From IMG/VR virus record IMGVR_UViG_3300045988_150584: a stretch of DNA of 64,000 nt; one strand, written 5' to 3'. This DNA is from a virus. The position numbers and the translations under genes were made by a program. Under the pieces are notes generated by a model. It worked only from the letters and a program-made list of their open reading frames with translations. It searched no databases and was not told the origin of the DNA. Positions 43,566 to 52,652 of this stretch are shown piece by piece (the first letter of the stretch is position 1; the number at the start of each line of letters is the position of its first letter).

Positions 43566-44082
43566 AAAGGTGAGCAAGCAGCAGTTCGCGGAAGCTATGC
43601 TTAACACCTTTGGAAATATTTTTACAGCAAACATTGATGATGTATCGCTCCCTGTCCGTGCGACCTCTGGATCGGCAGGATATGATTTTGTCAGCCCAAT
43701 TTCATTTGAACTTGCCGCTGGTGAGTCAATCAAAGTCCCAACTGGTATCCGTGTTAATATCCGAGAAGGCTGGTGGCTCGCTATTGTTCCTCGTAGTAGC
43801 CTTGGCTTCAAGTATCGGATGCAGCTTGATAATACCGTTGGTGTAGTCGATAGCGATTATTACCATTCAGATAATGAGGGACATATTTTCGTGAAAATTA
43901 CAAATGACAGCCGCGATGGAAAGTCACTTGTGGTAAACGCGGGTGATAAATTCGCGCAGGCCATTTTTCTTCCTTATGGCATTACATATGACGATGCAGC
44001 AAGTGGGATTAGAAATGGCGGTTTTGGATCTACGAATACTCCCCATGTAATTGAGTTTGGACAGGCAGAAAAGGTCGGCTAA
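43543..44082 (+). CDS. dut: dUTP diphosphatase
   Basis: SAGYDF, DSDY, GGFGSTN motifs. Confidence 0.85.
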   Translation: MNRIAKFEKVSKQQFAEAMLNTFGNIFTANIDDVSLPVRATSGSAGYDFVSPISFELAAGESIKVPTGIRVNIREGWWLAIVPRSSLGFKYRMQLDNTVGVVDSDYYHSDNEGHIFVKITNDSRDGKSLVVNAGDKFAQAIFLPYGITYDDAASGIRNGGFGSTNTPHVIEFGQAEKVG

Positions 44083-44087
44083 ATAGC

Positions 44088-44861
44088 GTGGAATTAGACA
44101 GAGTTTATAATGTGGACTGTCTGATCGGAATGAGGGAGATTGCGGATGAATCTATTGATATGATCTTTTGTGATCTCCCTTATGGGGTAACTAAGAACAA
44201 GTGGGATTCTGTTATTCCACCAGAATTGCTCTGGGCGCAATACAAAAGAATCATCAAACCAAATGGTGCAATCCTTTTGTTCGGTCAAGATAAGTTTACG
44301 GCTAAGATGATGTTGTCAAATGAAAAACTACATCGTTACAACATCATTTGGCGTAAGGTTTTGAAAAGCGGATTTCTGAATGCGAACAGAATGCCGCTAC
44401 GAGAACATGAAGATATCATGGTCTTTTATAAATCGCAGCCAGTCTATAATCCACAAATGGTAAAAGGACAAAAGAATCATAGTAAAGGTAAAGCAAAGGG
44501 CGAAAATGCGGAAGATATTCTGAATAATCGCGTGTACGGTGCGTATAAAGTCGTAGAAACGACCGGAGACATGAAACACCCGTCTTCGATTTGGGAGTTT
44601 CCAAAGTCTCATCCGTCTGTTGCAATCAGCTCAACTGAGAAACCTATTGAACTATGCAGATATGCAATTCGCACCTTTACGAATCCAGGCACAGTTGTTC
44701 TTGATAATTGTTGTGGTTGTGGTTCTATTCCGATTGCTGCAAAGCTTGAAGGACGTCATTACATAGGCATGGATAATGGCGTTTGCGATAATAAAAAGAG
44801 TAAATATTTTGGAATGCCTTGGGCTGATGTTGCAACACAGCGCTTGGCGGAAATTGCGTGA
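44088..44861 (+). CDS. beta-class N6A/N4C DNA methyltransferase
   Basis: DMIFCDLPYG (motif IV), TEKPIEL..., VLDNCCGCGS (motif I). Confidence 0.8.
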   Translation: MELDRVYNVDCLIGMREIADESIDMIFCDLPYGVTKNKWDSVIPPELLWAQYKRIIKPNGAILLFGQDKFTAKMMLSNEKLHRYNIIWRKVLKSGFLNANRMPLREHEDIMVFYKSQPVYNPQMVKGQKNHSKGKAKGENAEDILNNRVYGAYKVVETTGDMKHPSSIWEFPKSHPSVAISSTEKPIELCRYAIRTFTNPGTVVLDNCCGCGSIPIAAKLEGRHYIGMDNGVCDNKKSKYFGMPWADVATQRLAEIA

Positions 44862-45043
44862 GGTGTGATATGTACTATTGTGTTGGCAGATGCGGTTCTG
44901 AGATTCTTGTAGAGCTTGGTTGCAACGGAGAATGTGTAGCGACTTGTGGTTACTGTCGCTGTATGCAGGGCGATGAATGTTTTGATCCTACGGAGCTTTG
45001 TGATGGCTGCTCAATGTGCAAAAGCGAGGATCGTTATGCCTAA
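44858..45043 (+). CDS. hypothetical Cys-rich protein
   Basis: ORF track 61 aa. Confidence 0.5.
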   Translation: MRCDMYYCVGRCGSEILVELGCNGECVATCGYCRCMQGDECFDPTELCDGCSMCKSEDRYA

Positions 45044-45290
45044 TGAAAATTTGAACTTAGTTCCAGCAATTCGCGCGATTGAAGAACAAATTAGCGAGCT
45101 GAATAGTGAATATGTAAAGAAGATTACACCATACAAAGAGAGTTTAGCTAAGCTCAAAGAAATCAATACAGCTTGCGAAACATGCTGTGGAACAGGAAAA
45201 GTGTTTAGGCGTTCATGCGCAGAAGACGAGGGAGACTACTATACATGTCCAGACTGTAAGGGTTCTGGCAAATGTGCAGATCATGTTTAA
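45036..45290 (+). CDS. small protein with DnaJ-type CxxCxGxG zinc finger
   Basis: CETCCGTGK...CPDCKGSGK; ATG 45036. Confidence 0.55.
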   Translation: MPNENLNLVPAIRAIEEQISELNSEYVKKITPYKESLAKLKEINTACETCCGTGKVFRRSCAEDEGDYYTCPDCKGSGKCADHV

Positions 45291-45660
45291 GCTTATAATC
45301 GCTGGCGGGCGTGATTTTAACAACTATGACGGCATGTCGAAATGTCTTGACCGTCTGCTGAAAAACATCAACGATAATATTGAAATTGTTTGTGGTATGG
45401 CTCGCGGCGCAGATCGTCTTGGAGAACGCTATGCAAAAGAGCATGGCTATAAAGTAATCTACATGCCTGCCGATTGGGATTTGTATGGAAAATCTGCTGG
45501 CTTCAAACGCAATGTACAGATGGCTGAGTATGCAGATGCGCTCGTTGCTTTTTGGGATGGAGTATCGTCCGGTACGAAACATATGATAGAAACAGCGCAA
45601 AAGATGGGACTTGATGTGCGCGTAAAAAAGTACCTAATGGTAAAGAGGGATTCCACATGA
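45283..45660 (+). CDS. SLOG-fold (DUF2493-like) protein
   Basis: LIIAGGRDF...VCGMARGADRLGERYA...ALVAFWDGVSSGTKHMI. Confidence 0.65.
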   Translation: MFKLIIAGGRDFNNYDGMSKCLDRLLKNINDNIEIVCGMARGADRLGERYAKEHGYKVIYMPADWDLYGKSAGFKRNVQMAEYADALVAFWDGVSSGTKHMIETAQKMGLDVRVKKYLMVKRDST

Positions 45661-45812
45661 ATGAGCTTAAAAAGTATGAAGAATTGAAAAACAAGCTACA
45701 TGATGCGGTAAATGAATTATGTGTATTATGCGGAAAGTATCAGTTTGAGCATATTGGTATGTGTGATGGGTGTAGATGGAAGCAGGAAAAACACGCATGG
45801 ACGAAAGAGTAA
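45657..45812 (+). CDS. small CxxC protein (51 aa)
   Basis: Hand translation MNELKKYEELKNK...CVLCG...CDGC; ATG overlaps the preceding stop. Confidence 0.45.
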   Translation: MNELKKYEELKNKLHDAVNELCVLCGKYQFEHIGMCDGCRWKQEKHAWTKE

Positions 45813-45924
45813 ATAATAGTATCTGCCCGTTTGTCCGCTCTGGCGAATGTGATGTTCCTCCGTGTAATTCGTGCTTTTTATACCATTTGAGTTGTCATGA
45901 AGATAAAAAGGAGCAGCGAGAAAA

Positions 45925-46809
45925 TTGAAACGACCAGAAATCACAAAGCAATTATCAGAGCTGTTAGAAAAACACATTGATCCGCATAACGATCCGCGTG
46001 TGTATTGGGCAAAAGAAGTGACATTTGATTATGCAACAAGCAATACCGTAAGAGTTGACTACATGCTTTTCAAACCAATAAACAACTCCGTTTCTGGCAT
46101 TGAAAAAGGAGATTTCTCTTGCTATGAGATTAAATCCTCCGTCGATGATTTTCACTCGAAAAATGGACATAACTTTATTGGCGATAAGAACTACTATGTC
46201 ATGCCAGAGAGCGTGTTTGAGAATGTGAAAAATGAAATCCCTTATTTTGTTGGTGTCCTATGCCCGCGTCAGGTATTTAGCGGTAGCTCTACATATCAAC
46301 TTGTCGTTGTGAAAAACGCAAAGAAACACGACCGTACAAAATCAGTCTCAGAAATGCTGTTAATGATGTGGCGCTCATCCAGACGCGAAATTGTTAAAGC
46401 AAGGCGTATTAAGAAAGTGGAGGAAGTAATGGAAACTGATGTTTTAATCAAAAATCTCCGTGAAGCTGCAAATAAATGGGACAGAGATAACCCAAATCCA
46501 CCGACATTCTCGACGGTTTATTCTGCTGCTCTGCGTGATGCAGCAAGCAGATTAGAAGAGTATGAGAAGATTATTTCGGAGACGCAGAAGCCGAACAATG
46601 TACTTAGCATCGAAGATCTTCAGCGTATGAACGGGCAACCAGTGTGGATTGAAGATATTCATGAGTGGGCTATCGTTTCTGTTGATGAGAATGGTTATTA
46701 TGAGGGTATCCCATTTGCACAAGGACATTGTTTTAACTGGAATATTAAAGATCGAAACCTGAAATGTTATCGGAAACCGCCAGTCAGTAACACTCAGGAG
46801 GATAACTAA
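45925..46809 (+). CDS. PD-(D/E)XK (MmcB-like) nuclease-fold protein with C-terminal extension
   Basis: VRVDYMLF...GDFSCYEIKSSVDDF. Confidence 0.55.
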   Translation: MKRPEITKQLSELLEKHIDPHNDPRVYWAKEVTFDYATSNTVRVDYMLFKPINNSVSGIEKGDFSCYEIKSSVDDFHSKNGHNFIGDKNYYVMPESVFENVKNEIPYFVGVLCPRQVFSGSSTYQLVVVKNAKKHDRTKSVSEMLLMMWRSSRREIVKARRIKKVEEVMETDVLIKNLREAANKWDRDNPNPPTFSTVYSAALRDAASRLEEYEKIISETQKPNNVLSIEDLQRMNGQPVWIEDIHEWAIVSVDENGYYEGIPFAQGHCFNWNIKDRNLKCYRKPPVSNTQEDN

Positions 46810-47231
46810 TGGAGCGGCTGACCAATAAACGCGAGGCAGACGCTCAGCGTAAGGATTACGAAAATCGTATTAAAAACGGTTATCCTCGCAACATTCCGGA
46901 AGAGCGTTTTCTTCGCCTCGCGGCATACGAAGATACAAAGATGCCTCCAGAACTCGTTGAAAAGGTGGCCAAGTTTGCAATGTGGGTAAATGAAAGTGGG
47001 ATTGACCGACTACGGCATCTTGCAGAAGCAGACGAAGAAAATCGTATTATTATCTTGCCCTCAAAAGAATACCAAAAGAAATTACAAGAAGCATTTAACA
47101 TCGTTGTAAAGTATGGTTTTTGTAGCGATTGCGTACAGAAATACGATGGAACACTTTGTCACCAATGTGATTGTTTTCAGAATGGCGTTGATGTGATTAG
47201 ACAAGCTTTATTTGGATCGGAGAATTTGTAA
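46809..47231 (+). CDS. hypothetical protein
   Basis: ORF track 140 aa. Confidence 0.6.
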   Translation: MERLTNKREADAQRKDYENRIKNGYPRNIPEERFLRLAAYEDTKMPPELVEKVAKFAMWVNESGIDRLRHLAEADEENRIIILPSKEYQKKLQEAFNIVVKYGFCSDCVQKYDGTLCHQCDCFQNGVDVIRQALFGSENL

Positions 47232-47534
47232 ATGCCGGAATATATTTCAAAGGATGCGGCATTTCAGAGGTTGCTTTGTAAAGAAAGCGAATTCCACCAT
47301 TGGAATGACTATAATCTTGCTCAATATATCATTGCGCAGATTGTTCCAGAAGATGTAGTTCCAGCCACGCATATACAAAAACTTGGTAATATTGTTCAAA
47401 CAATAAAAAATGGGCGGGCTTGTAGAACCTTTTCGTGCTGCGGAACTGACTGTACAGAAATGACATCATGGATGTGGCCTAAATACTGTCCTTGGTGTGG
47501 CGCTAAATTGAATGGTGGTGTCTGTAATGCCTAA
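47232..47534 (+). CDS. hypothetical protein with C-terminal zinc ribbon
   Basis: ORF track 100 aa; CCG...CPWCG. Confidence 0.6.
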   Translation: MPEYISKDAAFQRLLCKESEFHHWNDYNLAQYIIAQIVPEDVVPATHIQKLGNIVQTIKNGRACRTFSCCGTDCTEMTSWMWPKYCPWCGAKLNGGVCNA

Positions 47535-47808
47535 ATACACAGAATTATCTTCCCTTTTAGAAAAGCTTCAGACAACAAGCATAGTCACAGATGATTTGTA
47601 CGGCATGGGGATTATGAGTGGCATGGATGCTGCGAGAAAGATTGTAGCTGAACAACCAATCATAGACGCAGAGCCGGTTGTAAGATGTCAGCATTGTAAG
47701 CACCATGATGATGGTGAGAATTACATTTATTGTTGGCTGTTAAAAACAAAATGTCCGAATGATGCAGATTTCTTCTGCGCTTATGGTGAAAAAGAAAGCG
47801 GTGGCTAA
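47527..47808 (+). CDS. hypothetical protein
   Basis: ORF track 47512..47808; ATG 47527. Confidence 0.55.
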   Translation: MPKYTELSSLLEKLQTTSIVTDDLYGMGIMSGMDAARKIVAEQPIIDAEPVVRCQHCKHHDDGENYIYCWLLKTKCPNDADFFCAYGEKESGG

Positions 47809-47809
47809 T

Positions 47810-48124
47810 ATGGCGATGAAAATTGGATATATTCAAGAGATTGATCTTCAACTTAACCCGCAGTGTAAAGAACGATTCCGTTTCAGAGAAGCATCGTTTA
47901 CTCGAAGAATTTCAAGTCGTGGAGACCGTGTGTATTCCAAAATGCTTGCACTTCCAGTTGACTACGAAGAAATCGTAGACAATGCAAACATTATGAAGAA
48001 AAATAGCAAAATCATTTTAGTACGAGAACCATTCTTACTCGATGACGAACTGCGCAAGAAAGTTACAGAATGGGTTGAGTGGGCAAACACAGCAGACCCA
48101 CACGAATACGATCCGTTTGCATAA
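47810..48124 (+). CDS. hypothetical protein
   Basis: ORF track 47759..48124; ATG 47810. Confidence 0.55.
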   Translation: MAMKIGYIQEIDLQLNPQCKERFRFREASFTRRISSRGDRVYSKMLALPVDYEEIVDNANIMKKNSKIILVREPFLLDDELRKKVTEWVEWANTADPHEYDPFA

Positions 48125-48138
48125 GAGAGGTTTTCACA

Positions 48139-48315
48139 GTGGATAACGAAAAATACACGCAAACGAATAGCACAAACGAGCCTGTTCATTGCAAGGACTG
48201 CCAGCATCTTATGTTTTCCGATTGTTACGGAGAATGTACAAAGTGTCATTTAGGAATTGTGCGGCCAGATGATTCTTGCGAATTTGGCGAAAGGAGAGCT
48301 ACAACACATGTCTGA
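48139..48315 (+). CDS. hypothetical Cys-rich protein
   Basis: ORF track 48079..48315; GTG 48139 after GAGAGG. Confidence 0.45.
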   Translation: MDNEKYTQTNSTNEPVHCKDCQHLMFSDCYGECTKCHLGIVRPDDSCEFGERRATTHV

Positions 48316-48868
48316 AAACCGAAAGCTGTATATCGCAGACTGGCATTATGCACATGCAAACATTCTTGCATTTGATAATCGTCCGTTTAAGACAGTAGAA
48401 AAAATGAACGAAGAGCTTGTTAAGCGTTGGAACGCTGCGGTCGATCCTGGCGATACGGTTTATGTGCTTGGTGATATGTTCTGGTGTATTTCCTCTCAGG
48501 CCGTACCAATTCTGCAAGCATTGAACGGTCAGAAATTTCTTATCAAAGGAAATCACGACAGATCAAACGATGGCAAGTTTGTAAAAGAGTTTGCAAAAAT
48601 TACAGAATACCTTGAAGTAAATGATAATTTTAGAAACATCGTGCTTTGCCATTATCCTATTCCATGTTTCAAAAATCATTATTACGGTTGGTATCACCTA
48701 TATGGGCATGTACATAATTCGTTTGAGTATCAGATGATGGAGCATGACAAATATCTGATGCAGGAATTATACGGAAAGCAGTGTCAAATGTTTAATGTAG
48801 GTGCAATGATGCCGTATATGGATTATACGCCACGAACCCTTGATGAAATCCTAAAAGGAGCAAGTTAA
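48308..48868 (+). CDS. calcineurin-like metallophosphoesterase
   Basis: YIADWH, GDMFW, KGNHD, CHYP. Confidence 0.75.
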   Translation: MSENRKLYIADWHYAHANILAFDNRPFKTVEKMNEELVKRWNAAVDPGDTVYVLGDMFWCISSQAVPILQALNGQKFLIKGNHDRSNDGKFVKEFAKITEYLEVNDNFRNIVLCHYPIPCFKNHYYGWYHLYGHVHNSFEYQMMEHDKYLMQELYGKQCQMFNVGAMMPYMDYTPRTLDEILKGAS

Positions 48869-48873
48869 ACAAT
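48857..48873 (+). promoter_or_regulatory. Leader motif instance GGAGCAAGTTAAACAAT
   Basis: Contains stop TAA 48866-48868; ATG 48874 follows directly. Confidence 0.4.
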
Positions 48874-49374
48874 ATGGAAAAATTCTATGTGATAAAACCT
48901 GAGTGTGGATTTTACAAGCAGGTATTCGACTATTTAGAAAACGCGCAGATCGTAAACAAATTGTTTAATCAGTTCTCTCATGATATGGGAATCGAATCCA
49001 ATCTCTATTATGCCAGTAATGACACGGTGTCAATCGTACCGACAGCAAAAGACAAAGAGAAATTTGCAAATCAATTCAAAAAATATGCTGACGGCGCGAC
49101 AGGTCTAATGTTCTTCAAACAGAATAGCAAGGTTTATAAGGAATGGATCGCTTTATTGAAAAAGAATAATTTGAAAGTAAAGTGCCGTCCGCAGCCAGGA
49201 TTCTATTTTGGAATTTGGGGCAGAGGAAGTTCCCGTTTATTTGAACACGATGGGAAACTGTATATGTCATTAAATTACAATGAAGATTTTGAAGATCCAC
49301 AGGATTGTGAGCCTATTCTTGGCAGTGAGTTTTACAAGGTATTAGAGGAACTCGAACATAGCGAAAAGAAATAA
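48874..49374 (+). CDS. hypothetical protein
   Basis: ORF track 166 aa. Confidence 0.6.
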   Translation: MEKFYVIKPECGFYKQVFDYLENAQIVNKLFNQFSHDMGIESNLYYASNDTVSIVPTAKDKEKFANQFKKYADGATGLMFFKQNSKVYKEWIALLKKNNLKVKCRPQPGFYFGIWGRGSSRLFEHDGKLYMSLNYNEDFEDPQDCEPILGSEFYKVLEELEHSEKK

Positions 49375-49385
49375 TGAGGTGAAAT

Positions 49386-49833
49386 ATGAACACAGGAGTA
49401 ATGTTCTCATCGAAGTCTATGAATTGGGCAACACCGCAAGACTTCTTTGATAAACTCAACTCCGAGTTTCACTTTACCCTTGATCCGTGCGCAGACAGTG
49501 AAAACCATAAATGCGCTACATATTACACAGAGCGCGAAAATGGTCTTGCACAGTGCTGGGGGGGGGCAAACGGTCTTCTGTAATCCGCCATACGGAAGAG
49601 CGATTAAGGATTGGGTAAAGAAATGCTCGGAAGAATCGTTAAAGCCAAATACAACGGTTGTAATGCTGATTCCAGCACGAACCGATACGAGTTATTTCCA
49701 CGATTATATCTATCAAAAACCAAATGTCGAAATTCGGTTTATTCGTGGACGATTAAAGTTCGGAGATGGAAAAAACTCCGCCCCGTTCCCAAGTATGGTG
49801 GTTATATTCAAATCTAAAAAGGATGAAACATAA
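49386..49833 (+). pseudogene. Phage Dam-type N6-adenine methyltransferase split by a G9 tract (phase-variable or frameshifted)
   Basis: NWATPQDFFDKLNSEFHFTLDPCA...LAQCWGG (frame 0), then TVFCNPPYGRAIKDWVKK (frame 1). Switch at G9 49558-49566; G8 would be in frame. Confidence 0.7.
49558..49566 (+). repeat. G9 homopolymer at a frame switch
   Basis: Counted. Confidence 0.95.
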
Positions 49834-50150
49834 TGGCTATCAAAGAAAATATGGATTTATACAGATGTGAAAAATGTAAAAAGCTTTACACGTCTGAGTA
49901 TGCTGCGAATATATGTTGTAAGCAATATCATTGTAGGGTATGCGGGAAAGAAACACCGCAGTATATGTTGATTTGCGATTCTTGCGCAGAGCATGAGCGC
50001 TTTGAAAAAGCAAGAAAAATGACTCTGGCAGAGTATTATGAAGAGTTCCCAGGCAACATGCTCTATTACGGAGAAGAATTCTATGACGATATCGAATCTC
50101 TATTAGACAGTATTGATTGTGACTATGAGGATATTCCAAAGTATGTATAG
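49833..50150 (+). CDS. zinc-finger protein
   Basis: ORF track 105 aa; CEKC...CRVCG...CDSC. Confidence 0.55.
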   Translation: MAIKENMDLYRCEKCKKLYTSEYAANICCKQYHCRVCGKETPQYMLICDSCAEHERFEKARKMTLAEYYEEFPGNMLYYGEEFYDDIESLLDSIDCDYEDIPKYV

Positions 50151-50159
50151 GGCACAACA

Positions 50160-50375
50160 ATGGAAAGCATGGAGATTGACGCAGATCAAATGTTGCAGCA
50201 AGCAGAGGAAGATTCAGATGTTGAGGACTTCTATTTTGATGATGTTGCCGCTAAAGAGCTGAGGGAATTTGTTAAGCAGTGGAATGAAAAATATGCCAAA
50301 AGCTACTACTCGTGGAATGACAAAGTAGTTATTATGCTTCCTCCGGAATACCAGAAGGAGCGTGTCAATGATTAA
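50160..50375 (+). CDS. acidic hypothetical protein
   Basis: ORF track 71 aa. Confidence 0.55.
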   Translation: MESMEIDADQMLQQAEEDSDVEDFYFDDVAAKELREFVKQWNEKYAKSYYSWNDKVVIMLPPEYQKERVND

Positions 50376-50838
50376 AACAGTTGTTGGGGACATTCTTGAC
50401 GCAACGAAAGATATTATTTGCCATCAGGTAAATTGTCGGGGTGTAATGGGAGCTGGTGTAGCCAAAACGCTTTGTACTCGTTGGCCTATCATCAAGAAGA
50501 CATACATCCGATATTGCAGAAGATTTGAAAATCAAAATGAACTTCTTGGTCATGTTCTTCCTGTAACGGTTGAACCGAATAAGACTGTTCTGAATATCTT
50601 TGGGCAACTTGATTATGGCAGAGACAAGTACCGCAAGTACACGGACTATGTTGCTCTCACAAAAGCATTTGATGAGATCCGCAGTAAGTATCATAACAAA
50701 TCGCTTGCATTCCCATATGGATTTGGCTGTGGATTAGCAAATGGTGACTGGAATATCGTTGAAAATATGCTCAACACATATTTTGGCGATATGGATGTCA
50801 CTATTTACAGACTTTCAGCAAGGAGCGACGAGGTATGA
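50368..50838 (+). CDS. macro-domain (ADP-ribose binding/hydrolase) protein
   Basis: VVGDILDATKDIICHQVNCRGVMGAGVAK. Confidence 0.75.
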   Translation: MIKTVVGDILDATKDIICHQVNCRGVMGAGVAKTLCTRWPIIKKTYIRYCRRFENQNELLGHVLPVTVEPNKTVLNIFGQLDYGRDKYRKYTDYVALTKAFDEIRSKYHNKSLAFPYGFGCGLANGDWNIVENMLNTYFGDMDVTIYRLSARSDEV

Positions 50839-51101
50839 AACTATACTTTCGCAATAGCAGAGCTAAGTTTCGTCCTATCGCCAATATTGACGGCAGAAAG
50901 CCAGATAAAGAGATTGCCAAACAGATAGTTGCAAAAATCAATGAGTTTTGTAGTGAACGAAACTTTAAGATTTATTACACAAGGATATGGCATGAGGAAT
51001 GCAAGGGAAAGCAAATGACAAAATTTGATGTAGGAAGCCACACGGAGTTTTTCTATTTTGAAAAAGCTCTTCCGTTCGCAGCATTTCAAGGAGACAAATA
51101 A
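50835..51101 (+). CDS. hypothetical protein
   Basis: ORF track 88 aa. Confidence 0.55.
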   Translation: MKLYFRNSRAKFRPIANIDGRKPDKEIAKQIVAKINEFCSERNFKIYYTRIWHEECKGKQMTKFDVGSHTEFFYFEKALPFAAFQGDK

Positions 51102-51392
51102 ATGAAAGTATTACTTATTCCAGACTGGCAAGGATGTACGATCATTACGGACAATGGGTACTGTACGATCCAGGGCTTGCCAAATGACATTGTAGACAAG
51201 GTGTTTGTATCCGAAATCCCTATTAGTAAAGGGATCGGGCTGATCACTCCGCTTGTAAATGAGCTTACTATCGTATCTGGTAGCAGCGCAGCAAGCCTGT
51301 ATTGCAAATTGCTCAATGAACACCATATCGCCACAAAAGAGATTTTTAACACAAAGCCATCCGTATTGCTGAAAGGAATCCGAAATGGATAG
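51102..51392 (+). CDS. hypothetical protein
   Basis: ORF track 96 aa. Confidence 0.55.
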   Translation: MKVLLIPDWQGCTIITDNGYCTIQGLPNDIVDKVFVSEIPISKGIGLITPLVNELTIVSGSSAASLYCKLLNEHHIATKEIFNTKPSVLLKGIRNG

Positions 51393-52068
51393 GCTAATTG
51401 CCATCGGAGACATTCACGGATGTCTCAACACACTAAAAGAGCTTCTGAAAAGTGTGGATTATAGCAGTCAGACAGATACGTTAGTGTTTGTTGGTGACTA
51501 CATAGATCGCGGAGCAAATAGCTGTGAGACAGTGGCGTTTCTTCGCAAGCTTCAGCAACAGGTAGGAAAAGATAATTGTATTTGTCTTCGCGGCAATCAT
51601 GAACAAATGGCAATTGACGCATTTATAAGCGGAGATAATTCGCTTTGGTTTTACAATGGCGGATACTCAACCGTATGTAGTTACGATAGAAATGGCACAG
51701 ATATTGAATCGGATATTGGTTGGTTTAAGACTCTTCCGCTTGTGTACGATACACCAGAAATTATATTCTGTCATGCCGGTCTGTCAAAACCACTGCTAAA
51801 GGACAATACTGCACACGATTTGATTTGGGGACGCGACTGGATTCGACATAATGACCGTAGGCCACGGGAAAAGCAAGTGATTTTCGGGCATACCCCAAGT
51901 AGAACTGGTGCCGCCTACACCGTAGCAACTGGCGATATTTGCATCGACTCAGCATGTGTTTATGGCGGAAAGCTATGCGCCTTAGCAATCAACGAAGATG
52001 GAAACAGTAAACTATTCTATGCAGACAAGTCCGAAGAGGACGATGAAAACTTGCAAGGAATTAGTTAA
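51385..52068 (+). CDS. PPP-family Ser/Thr phosphatase / metallophosphoesterase
   Basis: GDIHGC, GDYIDRG, GNHE. Confidence 0.8.
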   Translation: MDRLIAIGDIHGCLNTLKELLKSVDYSSQTDTLVFVGDYIDRGANSCETVAFLRKLQQQVGKDNCICLRGNHEQMAIDAFISGDNSLWFYNGGYSTVCSYDRNGTDIESDIGWFKTLPLVYDTPEIIFCHAGLSKPLLKDNTAHDLIWGRDWIRHNDRRPREKQVIFGHTPSRTGAAYTVATGDICIDSACVYGGKLCALAINEDGNSKLFYADKSEEDDENLQGIS

Positions 52069-52073
52069 ACAGC
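52057..52073 (+). promoter_or_regulatory. Leader motif instance GGAATTAGTTAAACAGC
   Basis: Contains stop TAA 52066-52068. Confidence 0.4.
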
Positions 52074-52090
52074 ATTTGGAGTGTGAATTG

Positions 52091-52417
52091 ATGTTCAAAA
52101 TTCTTATTTTCTATAAGAGCATTTCTGCGGTTAAAAACTACCTCGAAATGTTTAGAAATATGCCATTGATGATTTTTGAAGAAACTCGCAACGGCTTCAC
52201 ATTCAGTGGTGAAAAAATATGCGTGAAAGGTATCCGATGTGCCAAAATCTCAGATCAGCACCGTGGACATCGGGCGCATATTATCGCCGTGCAAGAAGAA
52301 CTCACATGGGCTGAAGATTGGAACGAGGTTCGAGACTATATCGTTTACCCCATGCTTCAAACACCGATTGATATTCAAATCTTTGATGGAGATTACTCAG
52401 ATGAACAAGCAGCCTAA
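52091..52417 (+). CDS. hypothetical protein
   Basis: ORF track 51998..52417; ATG 52091 after GGAG. Confidence 0.55.
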   Translation: MFKILIFYKSISAVKNYLEMFRNMPLMIFEETRNGFTFSGEKICVKGIRCAKISDQHRGHRAHIIAVQEELTWAEDWNEVRDYIVYPMLQTPIDIQIFDGDYSDEQAA

Positions 52418-52574
52418 AGAAGAAAAGCCTAAGTATATTACGGATGAAAATGGTACGCAGTTTTTCGTAGTTGGCAATACGAAAATCCGTGTAACAGAGC
52501 ATTTTAATAGTAAGGGTAAACATATCAAAGATCTCGTAGAAAATGCCGTACAATACGCCGCAAATGCGGCTTAA
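52401..52574 (+). CDS. small hypothetical protein upstream of the recombinase
   Basis: ORF track 52239..52574; ATG 52401. Confidence 0.5.
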   Translation: MNKQPKEEKPKYITDENGTQFFVVGNTKIRVTEHFNSKGKHIKDLVENAVQYAANAA

Positions 52575-52652
52575 TACCGGTGACAACAGCTCGTACTTGT
52601 GATATAATTACGCGGTAAGCTTATCATAAGTGCGAGTTGTTTCACTACTAAA

